Shown: positions 40,866 to 55,700, counted from the first letter of the stretch. The stretch: 64,000 bases of DNA from Eledone cirrhosa (GCA_964016885.1 OZ024740.1:124682001-124746000); one strand, 5' to 3'. A program made the numbers and translations. Notes: a model not told the origin generated them from the sequence alone.

Positions 40866-43800
40866 GAGCAACATCAGCAATAAACTCGAATTCATTTTGA
40901 TTTTATTGTAATTTGGATGTGGAATTAAATTGGGTTAAATTTTTGACCTTCTTTCCTGATGTTTAGAGGGCATTTATTTTACAAATTGCCTTCCCATCTT
41001 GTTGATCGTCTGCGGAAAATATTATCAACAAATTAGATTTCATTGTCAGCCATCTTGATAAAAATGAAATAGCAAAATCATTTTTTTTTTTTATTTTTTA
41101 AGTTGAGTAGAGTCAGATGCAGATGATATTGAAATGTTTTCGTTTGTAGATGGAGAAATATGATAATATTGGGAAATATATAAAATGATTACTGGGATAA
41201 TTTCAACAGAAATTATTGTTTATTTCTTTACTCTCTTTGTATATTTGTTTAATTTTATTGTGTGTGTGCATGGTGTGGTGTAGTGTGGTGTGGAGTGTGT
41301 GTGGTGTGTGTGTGTGTGTGTGTGTGGTGTGTGTGTGTGTGGGGGGGGGTGTTTGTGTGTGTGTGTGTGCGTGTGGGTGTGGGTGTGTGGGTGTATGTTT
41401 TCATCTGATAATATTGCTAGTTGCAATGATGTGGATATTGTTAATGGTCATGGATGTGGTGATGATTGTGGTAGAGGCAGATGTGTTATATTAGTACTAG
41501 TTTTAAAAGTTGTGATAGTGATAGTGATAGTACCATCAATGATTCTGATGATGGTGGTGGTGGCAGGCAGCAGCTGTGGTAATGGAGATGGTGGTGTTGA
41601 AATGATGTTGGGAAAGTGGATGAGAATAAGTATTGTGATTGTGGAGGTGGTGATAGTGGTAAAAGATTGCAAGGATGATTGTAATAGCAACATGTTTGCT
41701 CTGGTGGTACAGAGTTTTGCTTTAGGTCATGGTATTTAGTAACTTCCATTCGTATAAAAGGATAAATAAATATAACATTATCTACATTTAAGAGTCTGGT
41801 GAGTATTTCAGTTAGTTTAAATTTTGAATGGATAATATTCATATCTATGTTTAATTATTTCTTCTATCTTCTGTACTGATTTCTCTTTGCATCTCTAAAT
41901 CCATTTCTATGAGAGTGGAGTGAAATAAGTCCATATGAAAATTCTAAGTATACTGTGGTCTACACTTACCAAGATTCCTTGGAAATGAAAATTTAAAATA
42001 TTCAAAATAAGTACAAGCATAAGAAATTTTCCTTTGGCCACTGACATGGATGTGTAGTTCAAGTGTATGCTTCACAACTATATATTTTAGAGTTTAGTCC
42101 CAATACCTGGCATATTGGGAAAATGTCTTCTAATGGTAATGGTACACTAAATAACATCAACATTTAGTTTTATCTCACTCTACTGTGAGGTCAAACTACA
42201 TCCAAGCCCCACTTTGCATTTCTTTCTTCTGTGTAGATAAACTGATTTCTAGTAAATTCCCAGAGTCAATTCAACCTATTAACCACCTTTCCTGTAGAGA
42301 AATTGGCATTGTGTCATATCATCATTTTCATCGTCATTTTTACGTCCGCTTTTCCCTGTTTGCAAAGGTGGGATGGGAACTGATTCTGGCTTGATTTCTA
42401 CAGCTGGATGCCCTTCCTAACACCAATCTCATTTACAGTACTGGCAATGCTCCCACGATTTCTCAAAGACCTGCTGCAGTCTATTTGGTTTGTTGTACTG
42501 CATCCAAGGTGAAAACAATTGTTCGTCAGCTTACATGGACTCAAGATCCTTCATTATTAGAAGTTATTTGTAAATTAGAGGCAGTGACTTTAATTTGGCA
42601 TATAGGTAACAAAAAGTTTAAAGCTAATTGAAAACTATATTTCTAAAATGTTTTTTTAATGGTTATTTTCTTTTGCCACATTATCTTTAATCTATGCAGA
42701 ACATTTCATTAATGACAACACTCCAGCTGTTTAATTCATTTAGGTATCTCTGTCACTCCTTTAAGCTGCTGTTTATCTTCCTGTAATTAACTTCAACTAA
42801 CAAGCTTCTTTTGTATTGCTTTTTGTAAATAGATTTAGAAACTACAAAAAATTATTAATTAATTATTTTAAATCATCTTTTTAGAGGTATTTTTTGTCAT
42901 TGTTATTTTTTCTTGATTATCAAATTATGTTTTATTGCTCATTTCTTCAAGGCAGTATACATTTTGAATCCAGATTATTTCAAAGCTATCACTGTATTGT
43001 CACTTGGAAATATTAATTAGTGTATAAACAGCTCAGTGTTAGTGTCTGCAATTGAATCCTTATACCTTATCTCAGAAATGTTTATAATAGTACAATATAT
43101 TTTGTTCACTTAGTTAATTAAAAGGGCATGCCCAATGACCATCGTTGAAACACCATCAAAGATGGTATTCTCAAGTTGTGTATAAAAAACAAATTGAACA
43201 GGCTGGGAATATTATGCTCCACGTTATTAGATAGGGTATGATATTACAAATATACTGAATAACTTCAATGAACTGGCTTAACAAAGAATCACCCCTGAAT
43301 TGAAGCTTTAGATGATTTGAACTAAACAATTGTCAGTGCTTTTACTGAATTAAGTTATTGGCATTTCAATTTTAAGAAAGCTTCCTGTTGTAGCAAACAA
43401 GAGCTAGAAAAATAGTTTATAGACCATGTGATGTTGTTGTTTAGTCCTCAGTCTTTTCTGAATGAGTATATCTATGATCAAAGGTGTTCCAGCCATGTTC
43501 CTTGTGTCTTTGGTTTTCCTTGTTTGACCACTAAATGGGATCTCTACCCCACCTGGTGTTCTGGCCAGAGTGTGATGAAGTAGCCTATGTTCATGCTCTT
43601 CTAGCCCCTTTCTCCATGGAGGTCAGCTGAGGGATTCCAGAAGGGCGCTGCTCAGACATCCCTGGTTCTGCTGAGCTCTATTGTTGTTTCATTCCTGTGG
43701 AAAGCGACCCTATTTTCTGACTTGCCTGAGTTGGTTTGCTTCACTACAGGAGAAGTGGACAAGAGTTTAAAGGTTTTAAGAGGTTACTTATGCTTGACCT

Positions 43801-45284
43801 GGATTAAATTGAGGAAATGTTGCACAATAGCAGATCTATAGAGGGTATTCTTAACATTAAATTGATTATATAGATTTGGGATGAAAACCGCAGTGTATTT
43901 CTTTCTGACTAACTTAAATTTAATTTATTCATAAGATGTATAAAACTTATATTTTTTATTTTAACCATATTTTAATTAAACTTGTTTCTCATAATTATTT
44001 AGGGAAACAGCAAAATTCATAAACATCTGATTCTTAATTTGGTTTGTCCTTTAAACTACAACCAACTGAGGATATTATGTAATTGTAATATCAATCAAGA
44101 ATTTAGAGTCAATAACTGATTTGTATTAAATCCAGAATTTAACTGTTATATTGTTTCATAAAGTTATTTCTCTAGTGAGATTTGAGATTGAGGATAATGC
44201 TCTGAGCCATTTGTTGTATATGAGGTGAGACAGTTGATGGTACATAACCTGAAAAATTATTTTCACAATATGAAATTAAATTTAATTCACAAGGATGGAA
44301 CCTACAGTCAACAAGGCCTACACATGTAAATTAAGTTGAATGGCAGGCACAAGATGTTTGAGGAAAACAATTTTCAAGAAAACTTTTAAAACCAGTTTGT
44401 TCAACGCATCATTCCCTTTAAGTCTTATTATCATAGTAGGGATTTGCCAACGATTTCATTGGTAAACAATCCTAGAAAATTCATTTTCAGCAGCCTTGTA
44501 TAGTATATAAACAATAAGACTGTACGGCTGTATTCCTTGAGCAGTTCATCAAATGTTATACTGTAAACTATAATTACTTGTAAATCTGATGATTAATTAT
44601 TTTATTTTCTAATTTTTTTATTTTTTTACTTGTAATGTCCCAAAACAAAAAAACAAAAAACAAAAACAAAAACAAAGACAAGTGAAATCTTCAAATACAT
44701 ATTCTTTTTATATGTCTTTTTACCTTTGGTTAAAGTGATAGGGTCAAATATAGCAATATAACCCAATTATCACTTCAATAAAATCCCCTTATATAATATT
44801 TTGTCTTAATTTACATAATTTGTATTTTGCTTGAGTTACAATTGCCTATCAATACATGCATCTGGTGCTAATTGTCAATGTATGCTACAGTCTTTCAATT
44901 AATTAAATCCTTTGATCATGACCATTGATACGATGCTGCTTTTGACTTAACTCTAATTCCGCTATGATATTACATGTCAATCATATTACCACCCCATGGA
45001 GAGATTTTATTTTGTCAATGAGGTTTACTCCTCTAGCGATTAAGTTTTAATCTGGCTCCCACCTTTTGACATTTCTGGCTTAATTGAACTTACTAGAAAT
45101 TAGATTCCTAACAGTATATTCTACAAGATCAAAAGAACACAAAAGCCCCTCCCCCACAATATGGTATGTAATCATATATGTGATGATAATGGCAGCTAGC
45201 TCGTGCTCAAGTATAGCCATTGCTTAACATTTTCAAATGCACTTCTGTTACAGCATAGTCGTTGGCAACAAGAATTGATGACTG

Positions 45285-45520
45285 GTTGCCATGTAATTTC
45301 ATGTGCTGCCTCAAACATTCTGCTGATTGAGAGCTTTTACCACATTGATGGCACATTGTCATACCATGCACAACAGCACAATCTGCATCAGCTCTTTTTA
45401 CATGGCTCCTTTTGTAACTCTTTAATTCAGCTTTACTGAGGCAGGCTCTACCACACTAATTGCATATCAGCTCTCCTTGGTCTCCCTTGTTTCCTGCCAA
45501 TTCCACTTTCAAGCTCTTTT
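45285..45520 (-). pseudogene. Two decayed C2H2 zinc fingers, probably the C-terminus of an old BovB-type RTE LINE
   Basis: Manual translation: CN*CGRACLSKAELKSYKRSH ... CHQCGKSSQSAECLRQHMKLH. Confidence 0.5.
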
Positions 45521-48500
45521 TAAATTTTCATAATTTCATGAAGCATATCTACAGTAAAGTGGATATCATTGTCTCTCATGTGATCCTCTGTCATTTGGCA
45601 GGTTTCATTTGCCAGTTTAACTGCTGACGAACTGATCAGTTAACAAGCTGTACTGGTTCAACAATAGTGCTTTAGATCAATCTGTCTATTAGGTGAACTC
45701 ACAGTCCGAATAGATAAATAGACAGTTGGATTTTGCAGATTTCTTTTTATCACACTTTTATTTTCAGACTTTGAACATGCAGTAAAACCTTAACATATTT
45801 TGCTCTCAGTTCTTAATGTTGCATAAAGACAATGATCCAATAATCTATTCTGGCATTAATTCACTTCCACTTATAACTCATTCCATTTCTTAAAGATATC
45901 CAGTTTATTACTAAATTTTGATGTTCTTTACTTTTGTTTCTTTTCAATAATATTAGGCATAGGTATAGTGTATATGATTGTTGTGATAAAAAAACATGTT
46001 TCAGATATAATTCTTTAATCAATTTAAAAGAGTTATGTATTGTCAGCAGTCATAACTGGCATGATAATGAAAGAAATATTAACAACGTAGCTATTTTTGA
46101 AGATAGACTGCTCTTGTTATGACATCAACCCTCCTTTAATATATTGATATTGTTCATGATTGTATATTAATACATATATCATGCATTCTTTATCATCATT
46201 TATCACGTATATTAAAATCCGAAATCTGTTATTTTACTTTAAATAATTACAATATTAGATACTTTAAGTGATGAATTGCCAATCATTCGAATGTTGGATA
46301 GAATGCTATGCAGTATTCATTCAGGCTTCCTACACTCTCAGTTAAAATCCGACTATGGTCAAATTTACCTTTCCTCAAAAGGATGAGGTCAATAAATTAA
46401 GTACCATTTCAGTAATTGGATTAATTCTCTCTCTCTATCTATCTATCTATCTATCCCCCCTCCCCTCTGACATTCAGGTTTCATCACAGTAGGTTTAGGA
46501 CTATAAGATATATCAAAAGAAATTAAGTGTTTTCTATGTTTTAGCCTATTTGTTGTTTTCGTTTTCACTTGTCATAAATTATGGAATTCCTTTAATAGAG
46601 GTGAGTTAGGCACATTTGCATTGTGGAAGTACTTCTATCATGACATGACTAGGCAAAAAAAGTTAGAAAATGTGTTGATCACAGTAAATGTACATTAATT
46701 TTATTAAAACAAGAAAGAGGTCCTTTAAAGTCATTTGATATGCATTCAATGAACAATAAAAGTGAGGTTTAATTTTATTACATACATAACAAATTTGCTG
46801 TAATTCTTGGCAGAAAATGATAGTTCTAAATTTATAGTTGTCAAATTAATAACTCATGTACATAACAAATGATCAGCTAAAAGATTCTCTGAGCTAGGTC
46901 TATAGTTTATCATCATGAGAGAAAGGAAATTTGATTCACCATGTTTTATGTATTACTACAGCTGATTCTTCAAAGCTTCCAGTTAATTTTTCCTCATTAA
47001 TATCAGAAGGTCCCACAAAAGCAATAGATATTTAACACAATTGTGAATAAGATACAGCTTGGTCCAGAAATCTAATATGTTTGTTGACACTGTTCACTGT
47101 TAAAGTTACATTCTCTAGTAGTACGGTGTTAAAAATGTTTGAAGGTATTCTACAGATAAATGAATATGAATGATCTTGTATTTTTTTAAGCTGTTATAGC
47201 TTTAACTCTTAACATCTTATAAAGATTTAATAGAAATTTGCAGTTTATTTAAGGCGATATATGTTTACAGGTTACAATTATGGTGCTCTTTTTTACTTTT
47301 AAGAATATCTTGTTAATGCGGTCTCATGTAGTGTAGACTTAAACATGAAGATTAGAATTATGAGCTAATATAATTAAACTTCTTAGAGTTGTAATGATTT
47401 CATCAAGCCTTTCATATGTTGACAAAAGATGTCTGGTATATATTTCATTTGATGATTTCACATAAGCTTCTTCTAGATATTTGAAAGCATTTTCAAAGAT
47501 TGTACAATCTTGTATGATGTTAGTTTCTCTATATAGATAGGAACAAAAGCTCTGGTCTGTTAGAATTAAGATTGTTAGTCAAAGATGTTTGGAAATATTT
47601 AAATCTTATCACCCATTATTTAAACTTTTTACGACACTGAAAAAAAAAAAATTTGTTGAAATGTCAAATCCTTTTGGTACTGCTACTATCTCGTCTATTT
47701 TTATTAAAACATTACCAACTTTAACTATTTAGCATTTAAACCAGCCGTATCCAGCCAGAATTCTCTCACTTTTTTCTTTTCAAAAACTGGTTGCTCATAC
47801 TTATGTTAATGTATCGTTTTCAAAATAAATAATATCAAAATCTCGTAGATTTAATATTATGTGAGATAATTATGTGAAATAAAGTATTCACCATGAAAAT
47901 ACAATAGCAAATATAAAGTAATGTAAATGTTAAAAGATTAAATTGATCAATTATGTAAGAATTGTTAATAGCTGTAACTGGCATGGTATCAGAAGAAAAT
48001 ACAAAGGAACTTATCTTTAAATAGATAAGCAGCTCTAATTATAACAATAGAGGATAGTACAGTGTGAGATTTTTGTGTAAGAGAAAGGTTTATAATGAAG
48101 TACAATGTTCATTTTACAAATGACAATATTACGTGCAAACAGTCTGATGCATGGCCAGAGATTTTCTTTACACTACAGTTTTCAAAAGTGCTTTTGTTTT
48201 GTGTGTTCCAATGCTGTTATTATAGAGGTTTACTGTATATTATTTATGTTTTAAGGTATATACATGTGCATGTTGTTGTTTAACTGTAGGTCAGTGCTGA
48301 TCCAGCAGTTCTGTGATCAAGGGTATCCCAGTCATGACGGATTATTAAATGTGTTTCAAGTAAACAAAAAGCAGAGCAGCTTTAATGAAAAACAAAATAA
48401 CTACTTAGTTGTTGTATGAAGTGAGTAGTAGGATGTCTAGAAATGTACATGTAAATAATGTTCCTGAGAATAAAGACAAAAATTATAAATGCATTGCAAA

Positions 48501-50701
48501 TAATGAATGACTCACCCTCATATATATAAGAGGCTTCTGTTATATATATTCTGGTTAACCCAAGGTGATAATAAAAGACACTTTTTTAAGGTGTCTTACG
48601 TTAAGTGTCAAACTCAAAATTTGTGGGTATGAAGCTAATATTTTAGTCACAGAGCCATACCTGCACCTATCATAACCATACCTTGAAGTACATTAGAATC
48701 ATGAGCTCTGTTCGTGTTGCTACTCATTCATTCTGTCTTCATGTTGCCTCCCTGTCACAAGCAAATTCCCACTTTTCAGATTTACGTTGGGGTTAGAAAG
48801 TTTAAAAGGCAGGTCTTATTGATATTTAGCCACAATTCTAATTAATAAACATGCAGTTAAAAAACTTCTAGCTGTGACCATGCCATTTAATTATTTTCTA
48901 GATATAATATCCAAAGTCTGTATTTTCTAACATTGCTTACATTTTCTAGGATGGTAAGGCATGTTTTGTGGGCAGGTTTGGCTGCTGTTTCTACAAAGTC
49001 AAGCAACTATATAGTGATGTATGTAGACTCAGTTCGAAATTTAAAAGAGAATGTATGTGTGTGTGTGATTGTGTAGATAGACAGAGAGGGGCGCGGGAGA
49101 AATGTAAAGAAAGAAATAAGGAAAAGAAAGAAATAAGGAAAAGAAAGAAAGAACAAATGCTAAACTTCCAGTGAGTTATGTCTCTAAGCTACCTTCCCTA
49201 TCTGACCTCAGATATTTTCCTTCTTATATATTACTATTGCTCTTGGGAAATGCATAACACCATTGCAACATTTCTGTCCCCTCTTTCTCAGCCAAATGAC
49301 TCATTTGATTAGAAATAGTCAAGTAATTAACTCATTTTATATACAATTCTATAAAATAAATAAAACATTATTTTATTAATTCATATTGCTTGTATACATG
49401 CAATATCAGAATTTATAAACCTGGCTAACTCATATAAAATAAAAATATAAATAAAATTGATGTAAAATGGATGTAAACAAAAATACAAAAAAATGAGCGA
49501 GATATAAAAAAAAAGTCTCTTTGAGAAAATTGGTATTTTATAATTCTGATAAAAGAATGATTTATTTTGAAGTTATCATTTGTAAATCATATTCCTATTT
49601 CTTTTTCTATAGCAAAGCTAAAAACAAAAATAGTTTCTATTCTAACGAAATTGAAATGGCTTCTTTTATGAAGAAAATCTTTTGCTTTAGGCAAATGTAA
49701 CATTTGTTTTGATATGGGTTTTAATACTAATAGTGTTTATAAATATATTTTGAAAACCAAATTAGTCGTTAGTTGGAGGAGAAATTTTATATAGTTTGTC
49801 AAATTTTGAATTTCATAGAGGAAAAGTAGAAGAATTAACATATAACGAAAATATATAAAACAACAACAGAAACAGTGAAATCAAAATAAAACAAAACAAA
49901 ATGCAATGGGAAGAAATAAATAAATAAAAAGGAGAACATTTTGAAAATAATCGATTTAAAATCTGGTTGGAAATTATAGAATCAACTGATGACTATATTA
50001 ACAATATTTCAAATCGTTTCTTTTTTCTTATTTTATTTCATGTTATTTGGTTAATATGTAAATAATTTTTGGATGTAGTCAAGTAAATTAAATCCCCATA
50101 GTTGTTGTTATTTGTAATTTTGTTTGTTAGTTCGTTAACAGTGTAATTTATATTTTAATTGTTACAGTTCTGCTTTTGCTACATTCTTACACTCCAGAGC
50201 TTAATTCTTTGAATTATTGAAGATATGTGCATGTGTGTGTTCATGTGTATATGCATGCATACATGCATGTATGGATACGTGAATATGTGTGTTCACAAAA
50301 TGCTACTCCATTATTTGAAGATATAGCACTTGTAACCAGCTCTTGTTATATGATAAGAAGGCTGTTTCTTTTAAAATATGTATCTCAAGATTTTACATTA
50401 TAATTTCGTTTAGTAATGTTTAAGTACAAAGCACCAGCTTAATAATGATAAAGTTAGTTATATTATTAAATCCCTCCAAATTCTTGATTATGTTCAAAAT
50501 GATTTAAAAATCAAAGGCAGTATCTTTCAATAGAAATATAGTAATGAATGCATCAGTCTTATCTGTTAGGTCAATTTAAGCACCTTAGGTAAATGTCTAC
50601 ACCAGTGATACTTACTGTAACAAAGTTCTTATGTAAGAGCTTGTACTTACACTTATAACTTGTATTTACACTTATAACATGTTCACTTGTACATATGAAG
50701 A

Positions 50702-51090
50702 AATAATTGTTTCTACTTTTGGCACAAGGCCAGCAATTACCCAGTGCATTATTGGTACTCTATTTTATCGACCCCGTAAGGATGAAAGGCAAAGTTAACC
50801 TCGGCGGGATTTGAACTCAGAATAGCAAGGGCCATAACTCTATGTGTCAAAGCATGGCATCTGACCCTCTACCAATACTGCCAATCCACAGCCCCTTGAA
50901 GAAATAATTGTTTCTACGTTTGGTACAACACCAGCAATTACCCAGTGCATTACAGGTACTTTATTTTATCGACCCCGTAAGGATGAAAGGTAAAGTTAAC
51001 CTAGGCAGGATTTGAACTCAGAATGGCAAGGGCCGTAACTCTATATGTCAAAGCATGGCGTCCGACCCTCTACCAATACTGCCAATCCAC
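50702..51090 (-). mobile_element. Tandem pair of tRNA-derived SINEs
   Basis: Two ~200-bp copies starting at 50702 and 50902, of the 26521 family. Confidence 0.85.
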
Positions 51091-51140
51091 CGAATGATGC
51101 ATAAACATGTGAACTTTACGAATAAGAGAAATGAAGGACT

Positions 51141-51302
51141 TCATCATCATCATCATCATCGTTTAACGTCCATCTTCCACGCTTGCATGGGTTTGGATGG
51201 GAGTGTTCCCACTTGAGGCAAGAGTGGTTGTCTTGCTCGCATAGGACTGTCTGGCGGGTTTTCTACGGCTGGATGCCCTTCCTAACACCAACCACGTTTA
51301 CA
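51141..51302 (-). mobile_element. RTE/SINE 3' tail fragment
   Basis: Inverted match to 34840-34992. Confidence 0.75.
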
Positions 51303-53829
51303 CAACTTATTAATAAGAATAAGAAAAAAACATTATTTTAAACTGGAAATTGGATGTGTGGTTATTTGTGTCACAAATGTGTGCTCTTGGGTTTTATCCC
51401 ACTTTTTGGGTAAGATATCAACCAATCTAAGCTAACACTTCCATGTTAATTTAAGTGCACTGAGACAATATACAATTAAACCTCCTACAGGGAATTATGA
51501 AGTGTAGCCCATACAATACTCATCTATTTTACTCAGAATTAATTTAAATCATCATCTTAATCATTACATCTGCTTTCTGTGCTGGTATGGGTTAGATAGT
51601 CATTACAGCCTAAGTCAGCTCTTATTTGGTATAACTCTATTTTTAGATGGATCAGAGAACCACATCTCACATGAGTATTCTATTTTTGGCATACCTTCTG
51701 CAGCAGGATGTAGTTTCTAAGACCAACTATATTATAGAATATACTGTGTGCAGTTTGTCGTTGCACCAACACTAGAAAGATTGACATATTCTCAACATGC
51801 CTAAAACATTCTCTCTATCCTACAATGTCTCTGTTGATCACGGGAACAATTCTCAGAGTGTACTGAGTGCATTCATCATAACACCAACACTAGGGATGTT
51901 GTTTTGAACACAGATTTAGAATTTAAAACATAAATTATATGACTCATTTTAAAGTAAGATTTCTCGTCTGCATTGAAACTATCTCGGAATTTGATATTGA
52001 TTTTGTTACTTACTGTTTTTGTTGTTGTTCATATAAAACTGATCTTATAATTAATTTGCTTATCTGTACATATTTATTACTTCAAAGATCTTGTTCTTTA
52101 CATTTTCCTCTTTCCTATGTGCTTCAAGTTATAATTTAACAATTAAATTATACTTATTACTGAAGCAACAGTGATATAGACTAAAGTGAGTAGGTTAGAG
52201 AGGGGGATGGAAATACAGCAGTAAAGAAATAGTGATAGAAGTAGAAGATTTAGACAAAATGAAAGACAGAGAAGAGAGAGAAAGATAGAGAGAGTATCTT
52301 AAATTTTTATTTAAAAATTTTCCTTTTATTTCTAAATAATTTTCCATCACTTTCTCTCTGTTTCCTCCTATTTTAATATAATTTTTATAGGCCACAGATT
52401 ATCATGTTGGAGTTAATTTACAAAAAATATATACAGTAAAAAGAAACCTCTTGTAACTTCAATAACTAATAATCCAACTACAAAATGAGTATGTAGTTAA
52501 TAGGTGGCTTCACCACCACATGATTTCAGGTTCAATTTATCTGCATGCATCTTAGGAATAGTATCTTATTAACTAATACTTTGTGAGTGGAATATGGTTG
52601 ATGGAGTCTGTGCAGAAGGTCCACATATGCATATGAATATGTGTGTTATAAACTGGTGTTATTTGTGTTTGTGTCCTTTTATATCCAATAACCAGCTTGG
52701 CTAATAGAGATCGAGGAAATAAGTAGAAGACAGAAATAAATATCGAAGTGCAAATGATTGATGGTACTACCACAGCATTGCCATATTCCAATGACTAAGA
52801 CCAGTAGATGAGTAGAATATATGTATAGTAGAATGTTGAAATGGTAAATCTAACATCACTGATGCTCAAAAAAAGAAGCTTGGAAATGCTATTATGAAAG
52901 GTGGATGAATATGGAAAACAAGCGGAAGGTGGAGGAGAGTCTAGCCCCAGTTGACCCAACAGAAGGACCAGCTATCAAAATTGACAGTTATAGGGTCAAA
53001 GAAGCATTCAAGGAAAAGAAAAATCATAAAGCCCCCAGTACATAAGGGATAGTTACAGTCAATAAGAGATAGTCACAGGGATGCTGAAATATTTTGAAGA
53101 AATAGAAATTAAACTAATTAATACATAATCAATCAAGTAATACACGATAGTAACTTCTCTTGTAGTTGTCTCACTTAGAATATTTTATCTGTGGTGCTCC
53201 TTCCTAGTACAAAGCCAAACTGTGTCTCATCTAATTTTACTTTTTCTTTACTTAGGTGTGCCAACATTCCTTTCATCACTTTGATAACTTGTTTCATCAG
53301 TTATGTGCCTTTGTAGTTGCTCCTTTTTAGAACATCATCTTTTCCTTTTTTGTATTTAATGATTATACTGCTATGCATTCATTGGGCATAAAACTGTTGT
53401 TTATTACCTGATTGAATAAGTAAGTGACTTGTTCAATTCCTTCACCAGATGATTTCAACATCTTTGTGACTATTACCGATGGTCAAGTGGCTTTACAATT
53501 ATTCATCTCCAAAAATGCTTTGTTGACATCAATGTTGTATAAAGATCTTTTTATATATATACCAGGTGTACTTTTCAAATCTATTTTATAAAATCATTTT
53601 CCTTATATATATACATGTATGTATGTGTTATGTTGTGTCCTTGAGAAGGAAACTTTATTTCATGCTGCTCCAATTCCCTCAACTGTAGAAATCAGTTGCA
53701 ATACCACTGGTTCCCAAGCTATATCAGCTTAGCCTTTCACTTGAACAACATCAGTGGCTAGTTCCACAAAACACCTTGCCTGGTGTTCTACCCAGAGATG
53801 AAATTTCTAAGTTCAAGACATTATATAAT

Positions 53830-54032
53830 CATCATCATCATCATCATCATCATTTTACGTCCGCTTTTCACTGCTTGCAAGGGTTAGACGGGTCCTATTC
53901 AGCGCAGCATCTCTCCACTTCGTCATCTCGTCCATGAGTTTCAGCGGTCTGAGGTCTGCTCTCACCACCTCCGCCCATATTTTTCGTGGTCTACCTCTAC
54001 TGCGTCTTCCTTCTACTGGTAGTTCTTGGCAC
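53830..54032 (-). mobile_element. RTE LINE extreme 3' fragment
   Basis: GRRSRGRPRKIW-like remnant and (GAT)n tail. Confidence 0.7.
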
Positions 54033-54208
54033 GTTATATATATCTATCTCTCTCTATATATATAACGAAGGAAGTGTGGTAAGGAACCAGGTGGACAATA
54101 ACGCACCAGAGTACTCAATACTTTCTGTCCAGAAATAGCCGTCGAAACGGCTTGAGCTCTGCCGTCGGGGTCCTGAACATTTTCCTATTACCCACTCTAC
54201 TACCCAGA

Positions 54209-54243
<35 letters not shown>

Positions 54244-54403
54244 TTCCTGCTCATGGACACAACACATTACCCTGCCAGGGACCAATCTTACAGCCTTACA
54301 ATCGTGAATCCAAATCTCTAACTACACACACATACACACTCACACATATATATATGTATATATATGTATCTAATTAGAAGGTGAACAAGACAAAATATAA
54401 CTA

Positions 54404-54471
54404 CTCCATTACCAAATGTTTCTGGATCCCAGACAATATTAATATACGTCTGGATCGGTCATCAGACAGAG
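54404..54471 (-). ncRNA. Type I hammerhead motif (Penelope-type 3' end)
   Basis: CTCTGT-CTGATGA-CC-GATCCAGAC...GTCTGGGATC-CA-GAAA-C-ATTTG-GTA-ATGGAG inside a TA-flanked insert (~54370-54660). Confidence 0.72.
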
Positions 54472-54678
54472 ATGTTATAAGTAAAAAATATGAAATGAGA
54501 TTTAAAATCTGTTAAAAATTGGAAGTGAGGCTGGAAAAATAAAGGGAAATATAGATAAGAAAAAATATATATCAAAGAAGGGTAAGAGAAATAACATATA
54601 AAAATATATAGCAATATATAAAAAGACATACACACATTCAGATATAAGTAAAATATATGTATATGTATATATACGCAC

Positions 54679-54716
<38 letters not shown>

Positions 54717-54976
54717 GGAAAAATGAAACGAAATTTCGTTTCACACTCTTAGTACGGCTGTTACTTAAATATAAGTATGTACACGTACATACATATATGT
54801 ATACAGAAGAACAGTAGTATGTATATATATATACATACATGCACACATATATATATGTACGTATGGATTCACCGAACATTTATTATAATGCTCGGTGTGT
54901 TTGTAAACAAACATCCCGTATTAAGCCGTAGTGTCTAGCAACCATCGTTGCTCGTTTGTTCAACACTGACAAAGGA

Positions 54977-55019
54977 ACGCTGTACTAGTTTCAAGCTTAT
55001 TAGCTATCGTCAGCAACGT
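54977..55019 (-). ncRNA. Type I hammerhead ribozyme (family A)
   Basis: ACGTTG-CTGACGA-TAGCTAATAAGCTT-GAAA-CTA-GTA-CAGCGT. Confidence 0.9.
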
Positions 55020-55398
55020 ATACCTTCCTGCCAGATTGTTGAACGTATATATTTACCTTATGCATATTAACAGCTGAGTAGCCCAATTTGCATATCGTGT
55101 GGATTAATCGGCCGGGTGCACCGAAAACGATAAACGGAAAAAATGAAACGAAATTTCATTTCCCACACTTAGTACGGCTGTTACTTAAATATAAGTATGT
55201 ACACGTACATACATATATGTATACAGACGTACAGTAGTATGTATATATATATACATACATGCACACATATATATATATGTACGTATGGATTCACCGAACA
55301 TTTATTATAATGCTCCGTGTGTTTGTAAACAAGCATCACGTATTAAGCCGTAGTGTCTAGCAACGATCGTTGCTCGTTTGTTCAACACACACAAAGGA

Positions 55399-55441
55399 AC
55401 GCTGTACTAGTTTCAAGCTTATTAGCTATCGTCAGCAACGT
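55399..55441 (-). ncRNA. Type I hammerhead ribozyme (family A)
   Basis: Same motif, 422 nt from the previous copy. Confidence 0.9.
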
Positions 55442-55657
55442 ATACCTTCCTGCCATATATATATGTGTGCATGTATGTATATGTATATATACATAATACT
55501 GTACGTTTGTTTACAAACACACAGAGCATTATAATAAATGTTCGGTGTATCTATACGTACATATATATATGTGTGCATGTATGTATGTATATATATATAT
55601 ATATATATACATACTACTGTACGTCTGTATACATATATGTATGTACGGGTACATACT

Positions 55658-55700
<43 letters not shown>

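Larger units (their letters stand above)
54712..55662 (-). mobile_element. Family A array: ~1.8 tandem monomers (minus) then an inverted segment
   Basis: Period 420-422 nt; HHRs at 54977-55019 and 55399-55441; orientation switch near 55455; TA-flanked. Confidence 0.9.

Noticed and set aside
54066-54208. TA-flanked insert with AGCCGT-CGAA-ACGGCT hairpin as a ribozyme
   Set aside because: No complete catalytic core on either strand; left as an unassigned insert.
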